Shown here: positions 1 to 10,194 of the stretch, piece by piece | Numbering within the stretch: position 1 is the first letter of the stretch | Layout of the letters: each line of letters opens with the position of its first letter | Assembly: GCA_023247255.1 (NCBI GenBank) | Contig: JAHFGV010000001.1 | Span: 22,464 to 86,463 of the forward strand | DNA: 64,000 nucleotides | Direction of reading: 5' to 3' | Source: Candidatus Omnitrophota bacterium | GTDB lineage: Bacteria; Omnitrophota; Gorgyraeia; Aquiviventales; Aquiviventaceae | Made by a program: the position numbers and the translations under genes | The notes under the pieces: model-generated | Seen by the model: the letters and a program-made list of their open reading frames with translations, nothing else | Told to the model about the DNA's origin: nothing | Databases searched by the model: none

Positions 1-1632
1 TTGTCTGGATTGGATACGGCTCCAGTAGAATGTCTGAATGCGAGGATGGTTAACCAGCTCTGCCAAGGAGTGTGCCGGGATTTCTTGTTCCTGAGCGTAA
101 CGTTTCAGATAGATCATGTTTGGCACGATTAATGCGACACAGTAGGGACGTTGGTCTCCGTAGACGAATGCCTGGCTGATAGCCGGATCAGAGATAAAGA
201 GGTTTTCTAACTTCTGAGGGGCGACAAACTTGCCCCCGGCGGTTTTGATCAGATCTTTCTTGCGGTCGGTAATCCACAAGAATCCTTCAGGATCGATATG
301 GCCGATATCCCCGGTGTGGAACCAGCCATCGACGACCACGGCGGCGGTTTCCTCGGACCTGCGATAATAGCCCTGCATGACATGGTCTCCACGGGTGAGG
401 ATCTCTCCATCCTCGGCGATTTTGACTTCCACACCGGAAAGGACTTGTCCTACGCTTCCGAATTGAGGAACCGGTAAACGATTCACCGTAATGACCGGTG
501 AAGTTTCCGTCAAACCATAGCCTTCGAGAATGGTGACCCCGACGTTGTAGAAAAACTCACCGATCTCTTTAGAAAGAGGCGCACTGCCGGATACGAAAAA
601 CCGCAAGCGGCCACCCAGCCGGGCTCGAAGCGTCTTAAAGACTAAAAGCTCAGCCAGGAATCGTTTCACCACAAGGCTTACGGGGGCAGGCTCTGCCTTA
701 AACCGGCCGGCAGCCGATTGACGACCGATACGCAATGCCCACTCGACGAGCCGGCGCTTGCGCGGATCTAATTGTCGGAAGTGTTCTTGGATGCGTCCAT
801 AGAGTTTCTCGAAGAAACGAGGAACGCCCAACATGATGGTGGGGTGAAACTCTAGAATGTTCTCGGGCACCGTGTCCGGGCTTTCTGCGTAGGCGACGGA
901 AGCCCCGACTGTAACCATGAGGTACCAACCGGCCATGCGCTCAAAGACGTGTGAGAGAGGAAGAAAGGACAGGTGGCGGTCGGCGCTGGTGATGGGAAGA
1001 ACGCGCAAACAGGCCTCAATGTTAGAGAGGAAGTTATGATGAGACAGCATGACTCCTTTGGGTTCACCGGTGGTCCCCGAGGTGTAAATGATGGTCGCGA
1101 TGTCATTGGGTTTAAGATGAAGCCGCTGTTGTTCAAGAATGGGACGCATCTGAGGAAGGACATCCCTTCCCTTTTTCAAGGCATCTGACCAGTTACAGTA
1201 TCCGACCTCAGTCGATTGGGCCGCCTGAAAATTGACAAGCAGCCGTATGCAGGAAAGACTGGATCTTGTCTTGAGGCATTTAGCCAGATGTCCAGAACCA
1301 CCGACGATGCAAATGACTGGTTGGGCATCCGCACAGATGGTCCGTACGTCCTCAGCGGTAAGACTGGGATAGATGGGTACTGTCCAGGCTCCGATCGATT
1401 GAATCGCAATGTCTGCGATTGCCCATTCGGGACGGTTTTCGGATAGAATGACCACGCGATCGCTCGGGCTTACTTTTTGAAGTAAAAGCCAGGCGGCGAA
1501 GGCTTCAACGTCTGCACGTGCTTGCTCCCAGCTAATGGGCTGATAACGCCCCTGTTGCTTGATGAAAAACAGCGGTTTTGAACTTAAAGCGATCGCTTGG
1601 CGGATGAATACTTCAGGAATGGTTTCTGCCAT
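1..1632 (-). CDS. fadD: Long-chain-fatty-acid--CoA ligase (AMP-binding), 3' end runs off window
   Basis: Hand translation of minus strand gives MAETIPEVFIRQ...; TSGTTGEPKG AMP-binding motif, GYGLTETSP, GWFHTGDIG; no stop before position 1 so absent from ORF track. Confidence 0.85.
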   Translation of the reverse strand, partial: MAETIPEVFIRQAIALSSKPLFFIKQQGRYQPISWEQARADVEAFAAWLLLQKVSPSDRVVILSENRPEWAIADIAIQSIGAWTVPIYPSLTAEDVRTICADAQPVICIVGGSGHLAKCLKTRSSLSCIRLLVNFQAAQSTEVGYCNWSDALKKGRDVLPQMRPILEQQRLHLKPNDIATIIYTSGTTGEPKGVMLSHHNFLSNIEACLRVLPITSADRHLSFLPLSHVFERMAGWYLMVTVGASVAYAESPDTVPENILEFHPTIMLGVPRFFEKLYGRIQEHFRQLDPRKRRLVEWALRIGRQSAAGRFKAEPAPVSLVVKRFLAELLVFKTLRARLGGRLRFFVSGSAPLSKEIGEFFYNVGVTILEGYGLTETSPVITVNRLPVPQFGSVGQVLSGVEVKIAEDGEILTRGDHVMQGYYRRSEETAAVVVDGWFHTGDIGHIDPEGFLWITDRKKDLIKTAGGKFVAPQKLENLFISDPAISQAFVYGDQRPYCVALIVPNMIYLKRYAQEQEIPAHSLAELVNHPRIQTFYWSRIQSRQ

Positions 1633-1652
1633 GGTATTTGCGGAATTCAGGG

Positions 1653-3524
1653 TTATGCCAAGATGCCTGTTTCCAACCAAGTCATCTTACCGTCGAGGAA
1701 GTTCTGGGTCAGTTGATAGGATTGATGGTCATCGTTGTGAGCCATACCCTTCCATGCTTGCGCGATTTGACGTCGGGCCAAGCGGCAGAAGACGTCGGCT
1801 AACTGCTCGGGGCTTGAATCCGATACGTTCTGAGACAGCATGGCCTGGGCTTTTGAGCAGGCAGCCATCATGACGAACAGGTAGCTTCCCACATCGACGA
1901 GCCTGGCCAAGAGTTGTTGCTGATCGGCAAGGCGCATTTGATAGCGCAAGGCGCTATGAAAAAGGGTACGGGCGAGTTTATGGCTGGTCTGTTCCACAAA
2001 CTGCATATGCCTGGCCAAAGGCTCAGGCAGACGATGAGCGAGACTGATCCCTTTCCAGGAACACCATTGTTGGGGATACCAGACTGCGTAATGCAGGCCT
2101 GCTCCCCAGGTGGTTTGGAGTCTGTGGGCGAGGCTCTGTCTTTGTTTCAACAAACTTGCCAGAATCCGCAAGTGGGCATCGAGCGCTTCACGTGCGATGA
2201 ATAGCCGCATGATCTCACTGGTGCCCTCGATGATGCGATTGATTCGAGCATCCCGCATCATACGCTCGACAGGCTCCGGGGGTTCACCACGCGCGCGCAG
2301 GGAGGGCGCAGTTTCGTAGCCACGCCCACCGCGAATCTGGACGGTGGCATCGACGATACGCCAGCAGGCTTCGGAGCAGAACAATTTAGCCATGGCGGCT
2401 TCGAGTCGAATGTCGATCGTCTTTCGATCGACCAGAGAAGATACCAGCCAGACCATGGCGTCCATAGCAAACGTCGTCGCTGCGATCTCAGCGATTTGTA
2501 CGGCAATGGCCTGGTGCCTGCCGATCGGTTTGCCCCATTGTTGGCGCTGTTGTGCCCATGGCCGGATGATTTGAAGACAGCGTTTTGCCGTTCCAACAGA
2601 AGCAGCAGGAATTGCGATACGACCCGCATTCAATGTGGTTAATGCCAGCTTCAAGCCGAGTCCCAGTCCCCAAAGGATGTGGGACTTGGGTATTCGGACG
2701 TTGTGAAAACGCAGGACGCCGTTTTGGATCCCTTTCAGACCCATGAAGTCGCAACGGTGTACGACTTCAAACCCGGGCATGGATCGCTCCACGATGAAAG
2801 CCGTGATCTGTTTGCGCTCCTTGCCCCCGATTGTAACAGAAGGTGTCCTTGCCATGACGATGACTACCTCAGCCACAGGACCATTGGTACACCAGAGCTT
2901 TTCTCCGCTGAGCAGATAGTATTGCCCATCTTCAATGGGGGTCGCTGTCGTCATCATGTTGGCCGGATCTGACCCGACTTCTGGCTCCGTCAAAGCAAAG
3001 GCAGAGATCGTTCCGGCAGCCAGCCGCGGCAGGAATTGACGTTTCTGTTGCTCCGTTCCAAAGAGCATGAGGGGTTGGGGGGCGCCGATGCTTTGATGAG
3101 CACTGAGCCAAACCGTCGTGGACCCACAAAAGCTTCCCAGAAGGGCGATCACCCGATTGTAATTGGTCTGGGACATCTCTAGCCCGCCGTATGCCTTCGG
3201 AATCTTCATTCCGAAACATCCCAGCCGCGCGAGCCCCTCAATGACCGTGGCGGGGATTTCTCCTGTTCGATCGATTTCATCAGGATCCACCGAGGACTTG
3301 AGGAATGCGCTCAACTCGGCGATGAAGGTGTCGCCGATCTGGCGGTCCTGAGGATTTTGTTCAGGATAGGGAAAGATAATATCCGTGCGTACTCGTCCCA
3401 TAAACAAATCGGCAACGACGCTGGGATAGTGCCACTCTGTTTGTCGAGCCGCCTCTGTTACCTCAAGCGCTTCAGGGGATCCTGACCGAAGCAACGGATG
3501 AGAATCTGGAGTTGGATTCATCAA
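1653..3524 (-). CDS. Acyl-CoA dehydrogenase (long form, ~620 aa)
   Basis: 623 aa ORF; ACAD N/M/C domains (GAPQPLMLFGTEQQKRQFLPRLA, FALTEPEVGSD, C-terminal extension); tandem with fadD. Confidence 0.85.
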   Translation of the reverse strand: MMNPTPDSHPLLRSGSPEALEVTEAARQTEWHYPSVVADLFMGRVRTDIIFPYPEQNPQDRQIGDTFIAELSAFLKSSVDPDEIDRTGEIPATVIEGLARLGCFGMKIPKAYGGLEMSQTNYNRVIALLGSFCGSTTVWLSAHQSIGAPQPLMLFGTEQQKRQFLPRLAAGTISAFALTEPEVGSDPANMMTTATPIEDGQYYLLSGEKLWCTNGPVAEVVIVMARTPSVTIGGKERKQITAFIVERSMPGFEVVHRCDFMGLKGIQNGVLRFHNVRIPKSHILWGLGLGLKLALTTLNAGRIAIPAASVGTAKRCLQIIRPWAQQRQQWGKPIGRHQAIAVQIAEIAATTFAMDAMVWLVSSLVDRKTIDIRLEAAMAKLFCSEACWRIVDATVQIRGGRGYETAPSLRARGEPPEPVERMMRDARINRIIEGTSEIMRLFIAREALDAHLRILASLLKQRQSLAHRLQTTWGAGLHYAVWYPQQWCSWKGISLAHRLPEPLARHMQFVEQTSHKLARTLFHSALRYQMRLADQQQLLARLVDVGSYLFVMMAACSKAQAMLSQNVSDSSPEQLADVFCRLARRQIAQAWKGMAHNDDHQSYQLTQNFLDGKMTWLETGILA

Positions 3525-4573
3525 TGAGTCTGACGGATTGGAGATACCAAACGAGCGGTTCGTGACGCTGGACAGATAACGTTTCCTGGGGCGCCCTTAA
3601 TAAAATCGGTGATGTTGTCAGCGGTGGTGTCCAGGATTCGTTGGAGCGCTTCCCGGCTGTCGAAGGCAATATGGGGGGTGATCACCACGTTTTCTCGGTG
3701 CAAGAGGATATGGTTTTTCAATGCCGTGGCCAGTTTCTCTTTGGGAAAATCCTTGGAAAGCAATTGGTGCTCTTCTTTCACCAGCTCTTCGCCTTCCAAT
3801 ACATCCAGTCCCACGCCGCTGACGATTCCTTCGTCCAAGGCCCATACCAAAGCATCTGTGTCAATGAGCCCTCCCCGCGCGGTATTGATCAAAAGCGATC
3901 CCCGTTTCATCAAGGTGAAGGTCTTGCGATTCATCAGATGGTGAGTCGCTAAGGTATAGGGCACATGAAGGCTGACGATGTCTGAATGGCGCAGCAAACT
4001 TTCGAGAGAGGCATAGCCAAAATCGAGGACTTCACTCAGAAAGGGATCCCTTCGAATATCATGGACCAAAACGTCCATGCCAAACCCCTTTGCCATCTTG
4101 ATGACGTGCAAGCCGATGTGACCACTGCCCACCACGCCCAGGGTCTTTCCTTTTAAATCGAATCCTTGCAGCCCTTCCAAAGAGAAATCCCCTTTCATAG
4201 TCTTGATATAGGCTTTATGGATGTTGCGGGAAAGAGCCAGGATCAATGCAAAGGTATGCTCGGCCACAGTATTCTCTCCGTACGAGGGTACGTTGGAAAC
4301 CGCGATGTGGCGTTTCTGACAGGTGGCTATGTCGATATGATCGAAACCCGTGGAGCGCGTGGCGATGAAACGCAACCGAGGAAGGCGGCGAAGGATAGAA
4401 GCACTGAGGCGGGAGTAGATGAACACGGAAAGAATTTCGGTGCCTGAAGCGATTCGTAAATTGTCTTCCGTGAGCGGATCAGGAATGCACTGGATGCTCA
4501 GCCGCAGGCGTGCCAAGGCACTGGCAAGAAACCGGCGTTCCCAAGAAGCGGTTTCGAAAAACACGGCTTTCAT
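3521..4573 (-). CDS. D-isomer specific 2-hydroxyacid dehydrogenase family protein (NAD-binding)
   Basis: GVVGSGHIGLHVIKMAKGFGMDV Rossmann, catalytic R/E/H pattern typical of D-2-HADH. Confidence 0.8.
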   Translation of the reverse strand: MKAVFFETASWERRFLASALARLRLSIQCIPDPLTEDNLRIASGTEILSVFIYSRLSASILRRLPRLRFIATRSTGFDHIDIATCQKRHIAVSNVPSYGENTVAEHTFALILALSRNIHKAYIKTMKGDFSLEGLQGFDLKGKTLGVVGSGHIGLHVIKMAKGFGMDVLVHDIRRDPFLSEVLDFGYASLESLLRHSDIVSLHVPYTLATHHLMNRKTFTLMKRGSLLINTARGGLIDTDALVWALDEGIVSGVGLDVLEGEELVKEEHQLLSKDFPKEKLATALKNHILLHRENVVITPHIAFDSREALQRILDTTADNITDFIKGAPGNVICPASRTARLVSPIRQTH

Positions 4574-4585
4574 GATGGGATCGTC

Positions 4586-5443
4586 TCAGCGATCCTTGAA
4601 TTGGGGCTGGCGTTTTTCACGGAACGCCCGGAGGCCCTCCCGACTGTCTTCGCTCTGCGCAACCACGCCAAAGGCCTCTGCTTCCAGAGCCAAGCCATCC
4701 TCCAACGAACGATCTGCTCCCTTTTCAATAGCGCGTAGCGATTGGGTTACGGCAACCATGCCTTTCGCTGCGATTTTCCTTGCCAGATCCTTGGCGGCTT
4801 TGAGGACTTGACCCTGAGCGACTACGAGGTTTACCAATCCCACACGGTAGGCTTCCTGTGCGGAAAATAGGTCGCCGGTCAGAATCCACTCAATCGCTTT
4901 TGCCTTTCCAATCAGGCGAGGGAGTCGTTGGGTCCCTCCCCATCCCGGTATAATGCCTAGAGTGACTTCGGGTTGGCCGAATCGGACACGGTCTCCGCTG
5001 ATTCGTAAATGGCAGGACATTGCTAGTTCCAGTCCTCCTCCCAGACAGACTCCATTGATCGCGGCAATCACGGGTTTGTCCGACCGCTGTAATTTCAGAA
5101 AGACCGATTGGCCCAAGGATGCCATTTGCTTGGCCTCATCTACCGAAGCAATCTGACTCATTTCTTTCAAATCAGCACCGGCCACAAAAGCCAGCGACCC
5201 TGCGCCGGTGACGATGATGACTTTGCTTGCGGTTTCCGTTTGAAGGCTGTCTAACGCCTGCCCGAGTTCGTTTAACGTCTGCCGGTTCAAGGCGTTGACC
5301 GGACGATGATCAATCGTCACAATTCCCACCCGATCTTCCACGGTTACTTTCACACATTCTCCTGAGTTCAAGGCTGTCATGTCATAGGGTCCACGTTTTA
5401 TTTCGGATTTAGGATGGCAAATTGCGGATTGAAAAGAAATCAA
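4586..5443 (-). CDS. Enoyl-CoA hydratase/crotonase
   Basis: AAINGVCLGGGLELAMSCHLRI, crotonase fold signature. Confidence 0.9.
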   Translation of the reverse strand: MISFQSAICHPKSEIKRGPYDMTALNSGECVKVTVEDRVGIVTIDHRPVNALNRQTLNELGQALDSLQTETASKVIIVTGAGSLAFVAGADLKEMSQIASVDEAKQMASLGQSVFLKLQRSDKPVIAAINGVCLGGGLELAMSCHLRISGDRVRFGQPEVTLGIIPGWGGTQRLPRLIGKAKAIEWILTGDLFSAQEAYRVGLVNLVVAQGQVLKAAKDLARKIAAKGMVAVTQSLRAIEKGADRSLEDGLALEAEAFGVVAQSEDSREGLRAFREKRQPQFKDR

Positions 5444-5446
5444 GAG

Positions 5447-6667
5447 TCATGGGTAGTCAAAGAAGCCTTTCTTTGTCTGTTTGCCTAGATGTCCGGCAGC
5501 TACCTTTCGCTTCAACAAAGGCGACGGCCAGAACCGATCCCCGAATAGCTGGGTCAAGCGCTCCAGTTCCGACAGGACGTTTTGCAGCCCGATTTCATCG
5601 GCGTAATGAAGAATGCCTCCCTTGGATTGGGGAAAGCCTAATCCTGCGATCACAGCAAGATCGACGTCAGACGCTGTGCAGACTTGTTCTTCCAGACAAC
5701 GGATAGCCTCGTTGATCATCGGCAGGATGAGTCGTTTGGCTGAATATTCCTTCGGTCCGCGCCAGGAAGCTTGGAGTTGTTGCAGGATGCCTTCTAGCTG
5801 TGGATCGGACTCAGCCGAGCGCTCGCCATAGAGATAGAAGCCAGCACCTGATTTCACGCCATAACGCTTCAGGGCGGCAAGGCGTTCCCAGATCGCCGCC
5901 GGACGCATCCGTGGACCGTAAGCGTCCTGGAGGATGTTCACCACTTCACGGCAGACGTCAAAACCCAGGCTATCGACCAAAGTAAAGGGCCCCATGGGAA
6001 ACCCGAAAGCAACGATGTCCTCATCGATCTGGCGAGAGGAAGCAGCCCCCTCCTGAACACAGTAGGCGGCTTCATTGAGATAAGGCATGAGGATACGATT
6101 GACGAGAAAACCGGGGCATTCATTGACACGGATCGGTATCTTACGCAGGCTCTCGGCAAAAGTCATCACATCCGCAACCGTTTCATCGGAAGTCTCCAAG
6201 CCGGGAATCACCTCGACGAGTTTCATGATATGTGCGGGGTAAAAGAAGTGCATGCCGATTACTTTGTGCGGACGCTTGGTCACGCTACCCAATGCACAGA
6301 TCGACAGCGAGGAGGTGTTCGAGGCCAAGATGGCCGCTTCGGGGCTTTTTGCATCCAACTCTCGGAAGATCTGCCCTTTGAGATCGAGCCGCTCCGGTAC
6401 CGCTTCGATGACGAGATCAACATCTTTAAACGCTGCGTAGTCTGTCACGCCAGTGACTAGACTGAGTTTCTGCTCCATCTCATCGGCGGTCATCTTTCCT
6501 CGATCCACACGCCGTTTGTAGATGGAACGGACCACCGATAGCCCCTTATCGACCAAGGGCTGGTTGATATCTTTTAAGAGAACCGGGATTCCACTGAAGC
6601 TGATCACTTGAGCGATCTCAGCACCCATCGCCCCGGCACCCACCACAGCAGTCTTGTAAATATACAT
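5447..6667 (-). CDS. 3-hydroxyacyl-CoA dehydrogenase (with duplicated C-terminal 3HCDH domain)
   Basis: N-terminal AVVGAGAMGAEIAQV NAD-binding, 406 aa. Confidence 0.9.
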   Translation of the reverse strand: MYIYKTAVVGAGAMGAEIAQVISFSGIPVLLKDINQPLVDKGLSVVRSIYKRRVDRGKMTADEMEQKLSLVTGVTDYAAFKDVDLVIEAVPERLDLKGQIFRELDAKSPEAAILASNTSSLSICALGSVTKRPHKVIGMHFFYPAHIMKLVEVIPGLETSDETVADVMTFAESLRKIPIRVNECPGFLVNRILMPYLNEAAYCVQEGAASSRQIDEDIVAFGFPMGPFTLVDSLGFDVCREVVNILQDAYGPRMRPAAIWERLAALKRYGVKSGAGFYLYGERSAESDPQLEGILQQLQASWRGPKEYSAKRLILPMINEAIRCLEEQVCTASDVDLAVIAGLGFPQSKGGILHYADEIGLQNVLSELERLTQLFGDRFWPSPLLKRKVAAGHLGKQTKKGFFDYP

Positions 6668-6676
6668 CGATATCTC

Positions 6677-7873
6677 TTAGATTTTCTCAAACACGATTGC
6701 TGCCCCCTGCCCTCCTCCTACGCAGGCGGTAGCCACACCGATCGAGAGGTTGCGTCGTTTCATTTCATGGAGCAGCGTCACGACGATACGCGTCCCGGTA
6801 GCACCTACAGGATGGCCCAGGGCGATGGCACCGCCGTTGACGTTGGCAATGTCACGACTGAAATTCAACGCACGCTCACAGGCCAGATAGGTTGCGGCAA
6901 AGGCCTCGTTGATCTCAATAAGCTGCACGTCCTTCAGGCTGAGGCCGGCTTTCTTCAATGCTAAAGGTACGGCCAAGGTGGGGCCCAAGCCCATACGTTC
7001 CGGTTCAAGAGCTGCAAAGGCGTAGGATCGCACACGGGCAAGAACCGTGTAGCCACGGGCCTTCGCTTGGTCCTGCGTCATGATCAGAACCATAGCGGCT
7101 CCATCTGCATTGAAACAACTGTTGCCGGATGTCACTGAACCCTGTTCTTTGAATACCGGAGGATATTGACTCAAGAGTTGCTCATTCAATCCAGGGTTGA
7201 TCCCTTCGTCTTGCGTGAAGGGTTCAGAAGGCAGTTCCCTACCCATGGCGCGTTTAGGAATAAGGACAGGGACTAACTCTTCTTTGAATCGTCCTTCCCG
7301 TGTGGCCCGGTAAGCGCGCTGGTGAGACAAAACAGCAAAGCGGTCCTGCTCCGCACGCGAGAGGGAGAACTCTTGAACAAGGTTCTCTGCTGTCTGACCC
7401 ATGATTTGGCCGCAGATGGGATCGGTCAGCCCTTCCCAGATGGTATCCACCATTTCCGAGTGGCGCAGGCGCTTGCCCCAGCGCAGGTCCCGGCTCACAT
7501 AGGGAGCTGCACTCATACATTCGGCTCCCCCTGCGATTTGCACGTCACGTTCCGCGCAGGCGATATTCTGACAGGCATTCACAATGGCTTGTAACCCTGA
7601 GGCGCAATTGCGCTGGACGGTATAGGCCACTACGGCATGAGGAATCCCTGCTCGAAGGGCAATGACTCGCGCTAGGTTCGGGGCATCCGATGCCTGTCCC
7701 ACGCAGCCAACGATGACTTCTTCCACCTCAGCCGGCTTCAGATTCGTTCGCTTGAGCAGTTCACGAACGACAATCTCCCCTAACTGCTGTGATGTAAAAT
7801 TCTTCAAGGCCCCCCCAAACACTCCTTGGGGGCTGCGGAGTCCCTCGACGATAACAGCCTCACGAGACATCAA
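6677..7873 (-). CDS. Acetyl-CoA C-acyltransferase (thiolase)
   Basis: NCASGLQAI active-site Cys, C-terminal GHPVGATG and GGGQGAA motifs. Confidence 0.92.
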   Translation of the reverse strand: MMSREAVIVEGLRSPQGVFGGALKNFTSQQLGEIVVRELLKRTNLKPAEVEEVIVGCVGQASDAPNLARVIALRAGIPHAVVAYTVQRNCASGLQAIVNACQNIACAERDVQIAGGAECMSAAPYVSRDLRWGKRLRHSEMVDTIWEGLTDPICGQIMGQTAENLVQEFSLSRAEQDRFAVLSHQRAYRATREGRFKEELVPVLIPKRAMGRELPSEPFTQDEGINPGLNEQLLSQYPPVFKEQGSVTSGNSCFNADGAAMVLIMTQDQAKARGYTVLARVRSYAFAALEPERMGLGPTLAVPLALKKAGLSLKDVQLIEINEAFAATYLACERALNFSRDIANVNGGAIALGHPVGATGTRIVVTLLHEMKRRNLSIGVATACVGGGQGAAIVFEKI

Positions 7874-7884
7874 TATTCTCTCTC

Positions 7885-10152
7885 TTATCGCCCAGTGTAC
7901 TGGTCTTGTACGGGCTTGTCAACGGAGAGCTCCCGCAGACCGGCGATGCGTTTGATCTCCGGCAGATAGGCCATGGCGATTTCTTCCCCTCGACGGATGA
8001 ATTTCTCCGGGCTGAAAAACTCCAGCCAGTGAGAATCCGGTACCGTGGGACGCAAGGTCAGATCGGCCTCACGGCAGGAGATTTCCGCAATCTGGTATTC
8101 CATCCACTGCATGGAGCGCATGATGACATCGAAAACCAGAGGAGAAACAGCCTGTATGAGTTCGTGGCGAAGCCAGACCAAGAAGCGGATGGGAAAACTT
8201 CGCGAAGCCAGCTGCGCCTCACGCTGCTGACGCCGCTGCTGCAGCTTTTGACGGTGCATCCTGAGTTCCTCTATGTTGGGAAAAACGTTGACGGCGATCA
8301 CACGATTCGCCCCCGCTTGTTTAAGGACACTGACCGGAATGGGATTGACGACTCCTCCATCCAGGCAAATATCTCCACCAAACCGTATCGGTTTGAAAAT
8401 GCCCGGGATGGATACCGAGGCACGGACCGCCTCTGCCAGGGATCCGGAGTCGATGATCACTTCTTCCCGGGTCATCGGGTTGGCGGCCACGATTTTTACA
8501 GGAATCCAAGTATCCTCAAAAGTTCTGTTCTGGAAATCTGCCTGGAGTCTTGCCATTAACTGAGCACCCTGAATGGGACCTCCGGATAATGGCCCGAGGA
8601 TCAAACCCATGATGACACACACGAAACTGGCCAGCAGCGCTGTCCAGATTCCGGCGATCGGCCAGACGACCAGTCCCATTACCACGGCGACCACGACACT
8701 TACCAAGGGCACCTGCACGTCGAGCAGAAAGAGTTTGTTGATATCCCACGGATGCTTGAATCTCAATGCCATGTGTTCGATCTCTTCCACGCTACGACCC
8801 GAAGCCCACAAGCCGCCGATCAGTGCACCGATGCTTGAGCCTGCAATAATGTCGATCGGGATTTTCTCGCGTTCAAGTACTTTAAGCACCCCGATATGAG
8901 CCAATCCCAGAGCGGCTCCAGAGCCGAGAGCCAGTCCCACAAGGCCACCGCTTAGTTTTCGCGCAACCCGTTGGACGGTCAGCGCGTAAGCGGATCGACG
9001 TTCCTCCAAAAGCTGAGCCAAGCTTTCAATAGTCATGGCATCCGCCAAAGGAAGGAAAGGAAGAGTGAACGTGACCGGACGGCCCAATTGTTCCGCGATC
9101 CCCACATCTCGACCTCGCGGCGGACCTCCTAAGAGCATGCTCAAAAAATTCGTTTTCTCCTCTGAATCTTGCAACTGATTGAGAACAACCTGGACGCGTT
9201 GCGTGGTGGTGCTCACCACAGAGGTGATTTGATGGATCAGCATTCGCGTTTGCGCCAAATGGTCGGAATCAGGATTAGTCACCACGTAGATGAGATCGGA
9301 CTGAGTGAGTGCTTTCAAGACCGGCGGGGTGGCTTCGGCAGGCAGATCGACCAGGACGTAGTGGAAGCGTTTGGTCAATGCGTTCAACAGGGGAGCGACG
9401 GTGTGTTCTCCTTGGGAATCAGAAAGCAGCTCCCCGGCACTCAACAGCAGAAATCCCAGTGGGTGGATGTCTAGGACATTGTCTAATTGCTCTTCCAAAA
9501 CTAGATTGGTTAGCGTGGTTTTAATCTCGGACGAAGGACGACTAGACTTAAAACGCCACGCCCAATGATGGGGGTCATTGGTCATATTGACCAAAACGAT
9601 CTGGCGATTGGTCTCGTGCTTCAGCATAGCTGCCAAGGAAACGGCAAACAATGTGCAGCCTACTCCTCGGGTGGCGCTGGTGATAGAGGCGATCGTCGTA
9701 TCGGTGGGTTCAGGAAGGTCTTCGCGGGTTCGCAGACGCTTGGAAAGCAATCGGCTGAGGTAGAGTACTAAAGACGGGATACGGTTAATGACTTCGTTGA
9801 AATCTTCCTTCTTCAATTCAAGCACCAGGGTATCATTGAGTGCCTGGACCGTTGCCGAGTGCTTTTCTCCTGTCAGTAAAGAGATCTCTCCAAAAGAATC
9901 TCCGTTATAGAGAATGGCCAAGGTCTTCTCAACATGATGGGACAAAGAGAAAACACGCAGACGGCCCGAGCTGACGATATAAAAAGAGTCCGCAGGATCC
10001 CCCTCGCGGTAAATCACTTCTTCCTTCTTATATTCCACCAGGCGGGTGCGTTTTGCAATCAGGTACAGCTGTTGATCCGTGCAAGCAGCAAACAGGGGGA
10101 TGCGCTTAAGTATTACGATCTTGTCTTGCCAGTGCGACGACTCAAGCGTCAT
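7885..10152 (-). CDS. Cyclic-nucleotide-binding domain / patatin-like phospholipase (NTE-like) with internal TM segment and degenerate ParA/MinD-like middle domain
   Basis: N-terminal cNMP-binding (FAACTDQQLYLIA...GDPADSFYIVSSGRLRV); patatin GxSxG (GSSIG) and DGG motif (DGGVVNPIP); hydrophobic stretch LVSVVVAVVMGLVVWPIAGIW; middle region has Walker-A-like TRGVGCT lacking Lys. Confidence 0.8.
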   Translation of the reverse strand: MTLESSHWQDKIVILKRIPLFAACTDQQLYLIAKRTRLVEYKKEEVIYREGDPADSFYIVSSGRLRVFSLSHHVEKTLAILYNGDSFGEISLLTGEKHSATVQALNDTLVLELKKEDFNEVINRIPSLVLYLSRLLSKRLRTREDLPEPTDTTIASITSATRGVGCTLFAVSLAAMLKHETNRQIVLVNMTNDPHHWAWRFKSSRPSSEIKTTLTNLVLEEQLDNVLDIHPLGFLLLSAGELLSDSQGEHTVAPLLNALTKRFHYVLVDLPAEATPPVLKALTQSDLIYVVTNPDSDHLAQTRMLIHQITSVVSTTTQRVQVVLNQLQDSEEKTNFLSMLLGGPPRGRDVGIAEQLGRPVTFTLPFLPLADAMTIESLAQLLEERRSAYALTVQRVARKLSGGLVGLALGSGAALGLAHIGVLKVLEREKIPIDIIAGSSIGALIGGLWASGRSVEEIEHMALRFKHPWDINKLFLLDVQVPLVSVVVAVVMGLVVWPIAGIWTALLASFVCVIMGLILGPLSGGPIQGAQLMARLQADFQNRTFEDTWIPVKIVAANPMTREEVIIDSGSLAEAVRASVSIPGIFKPIRFGGDICLDGGVVNPIPVSVLKQAGANRVIAVNVFPNIEELRMHRQKLQQRRQQREAQLASRSFPIRFLVWLRHELIQAVSPLVFDVIMRSMQWMEYQIAEISCREADLTLRPTVPDSHWLEFFSPEKFIRRGEEIAMAYLPEIKRIAGLRELSVDKPVQDQYTGR

Positions 10153-10194
10153 CGGAGTGGGTGTCTGACGGTTTCGTTAAAACGGCCAGAGCTC

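Noticed and set aside
7906-8559. 217-aa plus-strand ORF
   Set aside because: Antisense to the well-supported cNMP/patatin gene. Its translation is low-complexity with no motifs.
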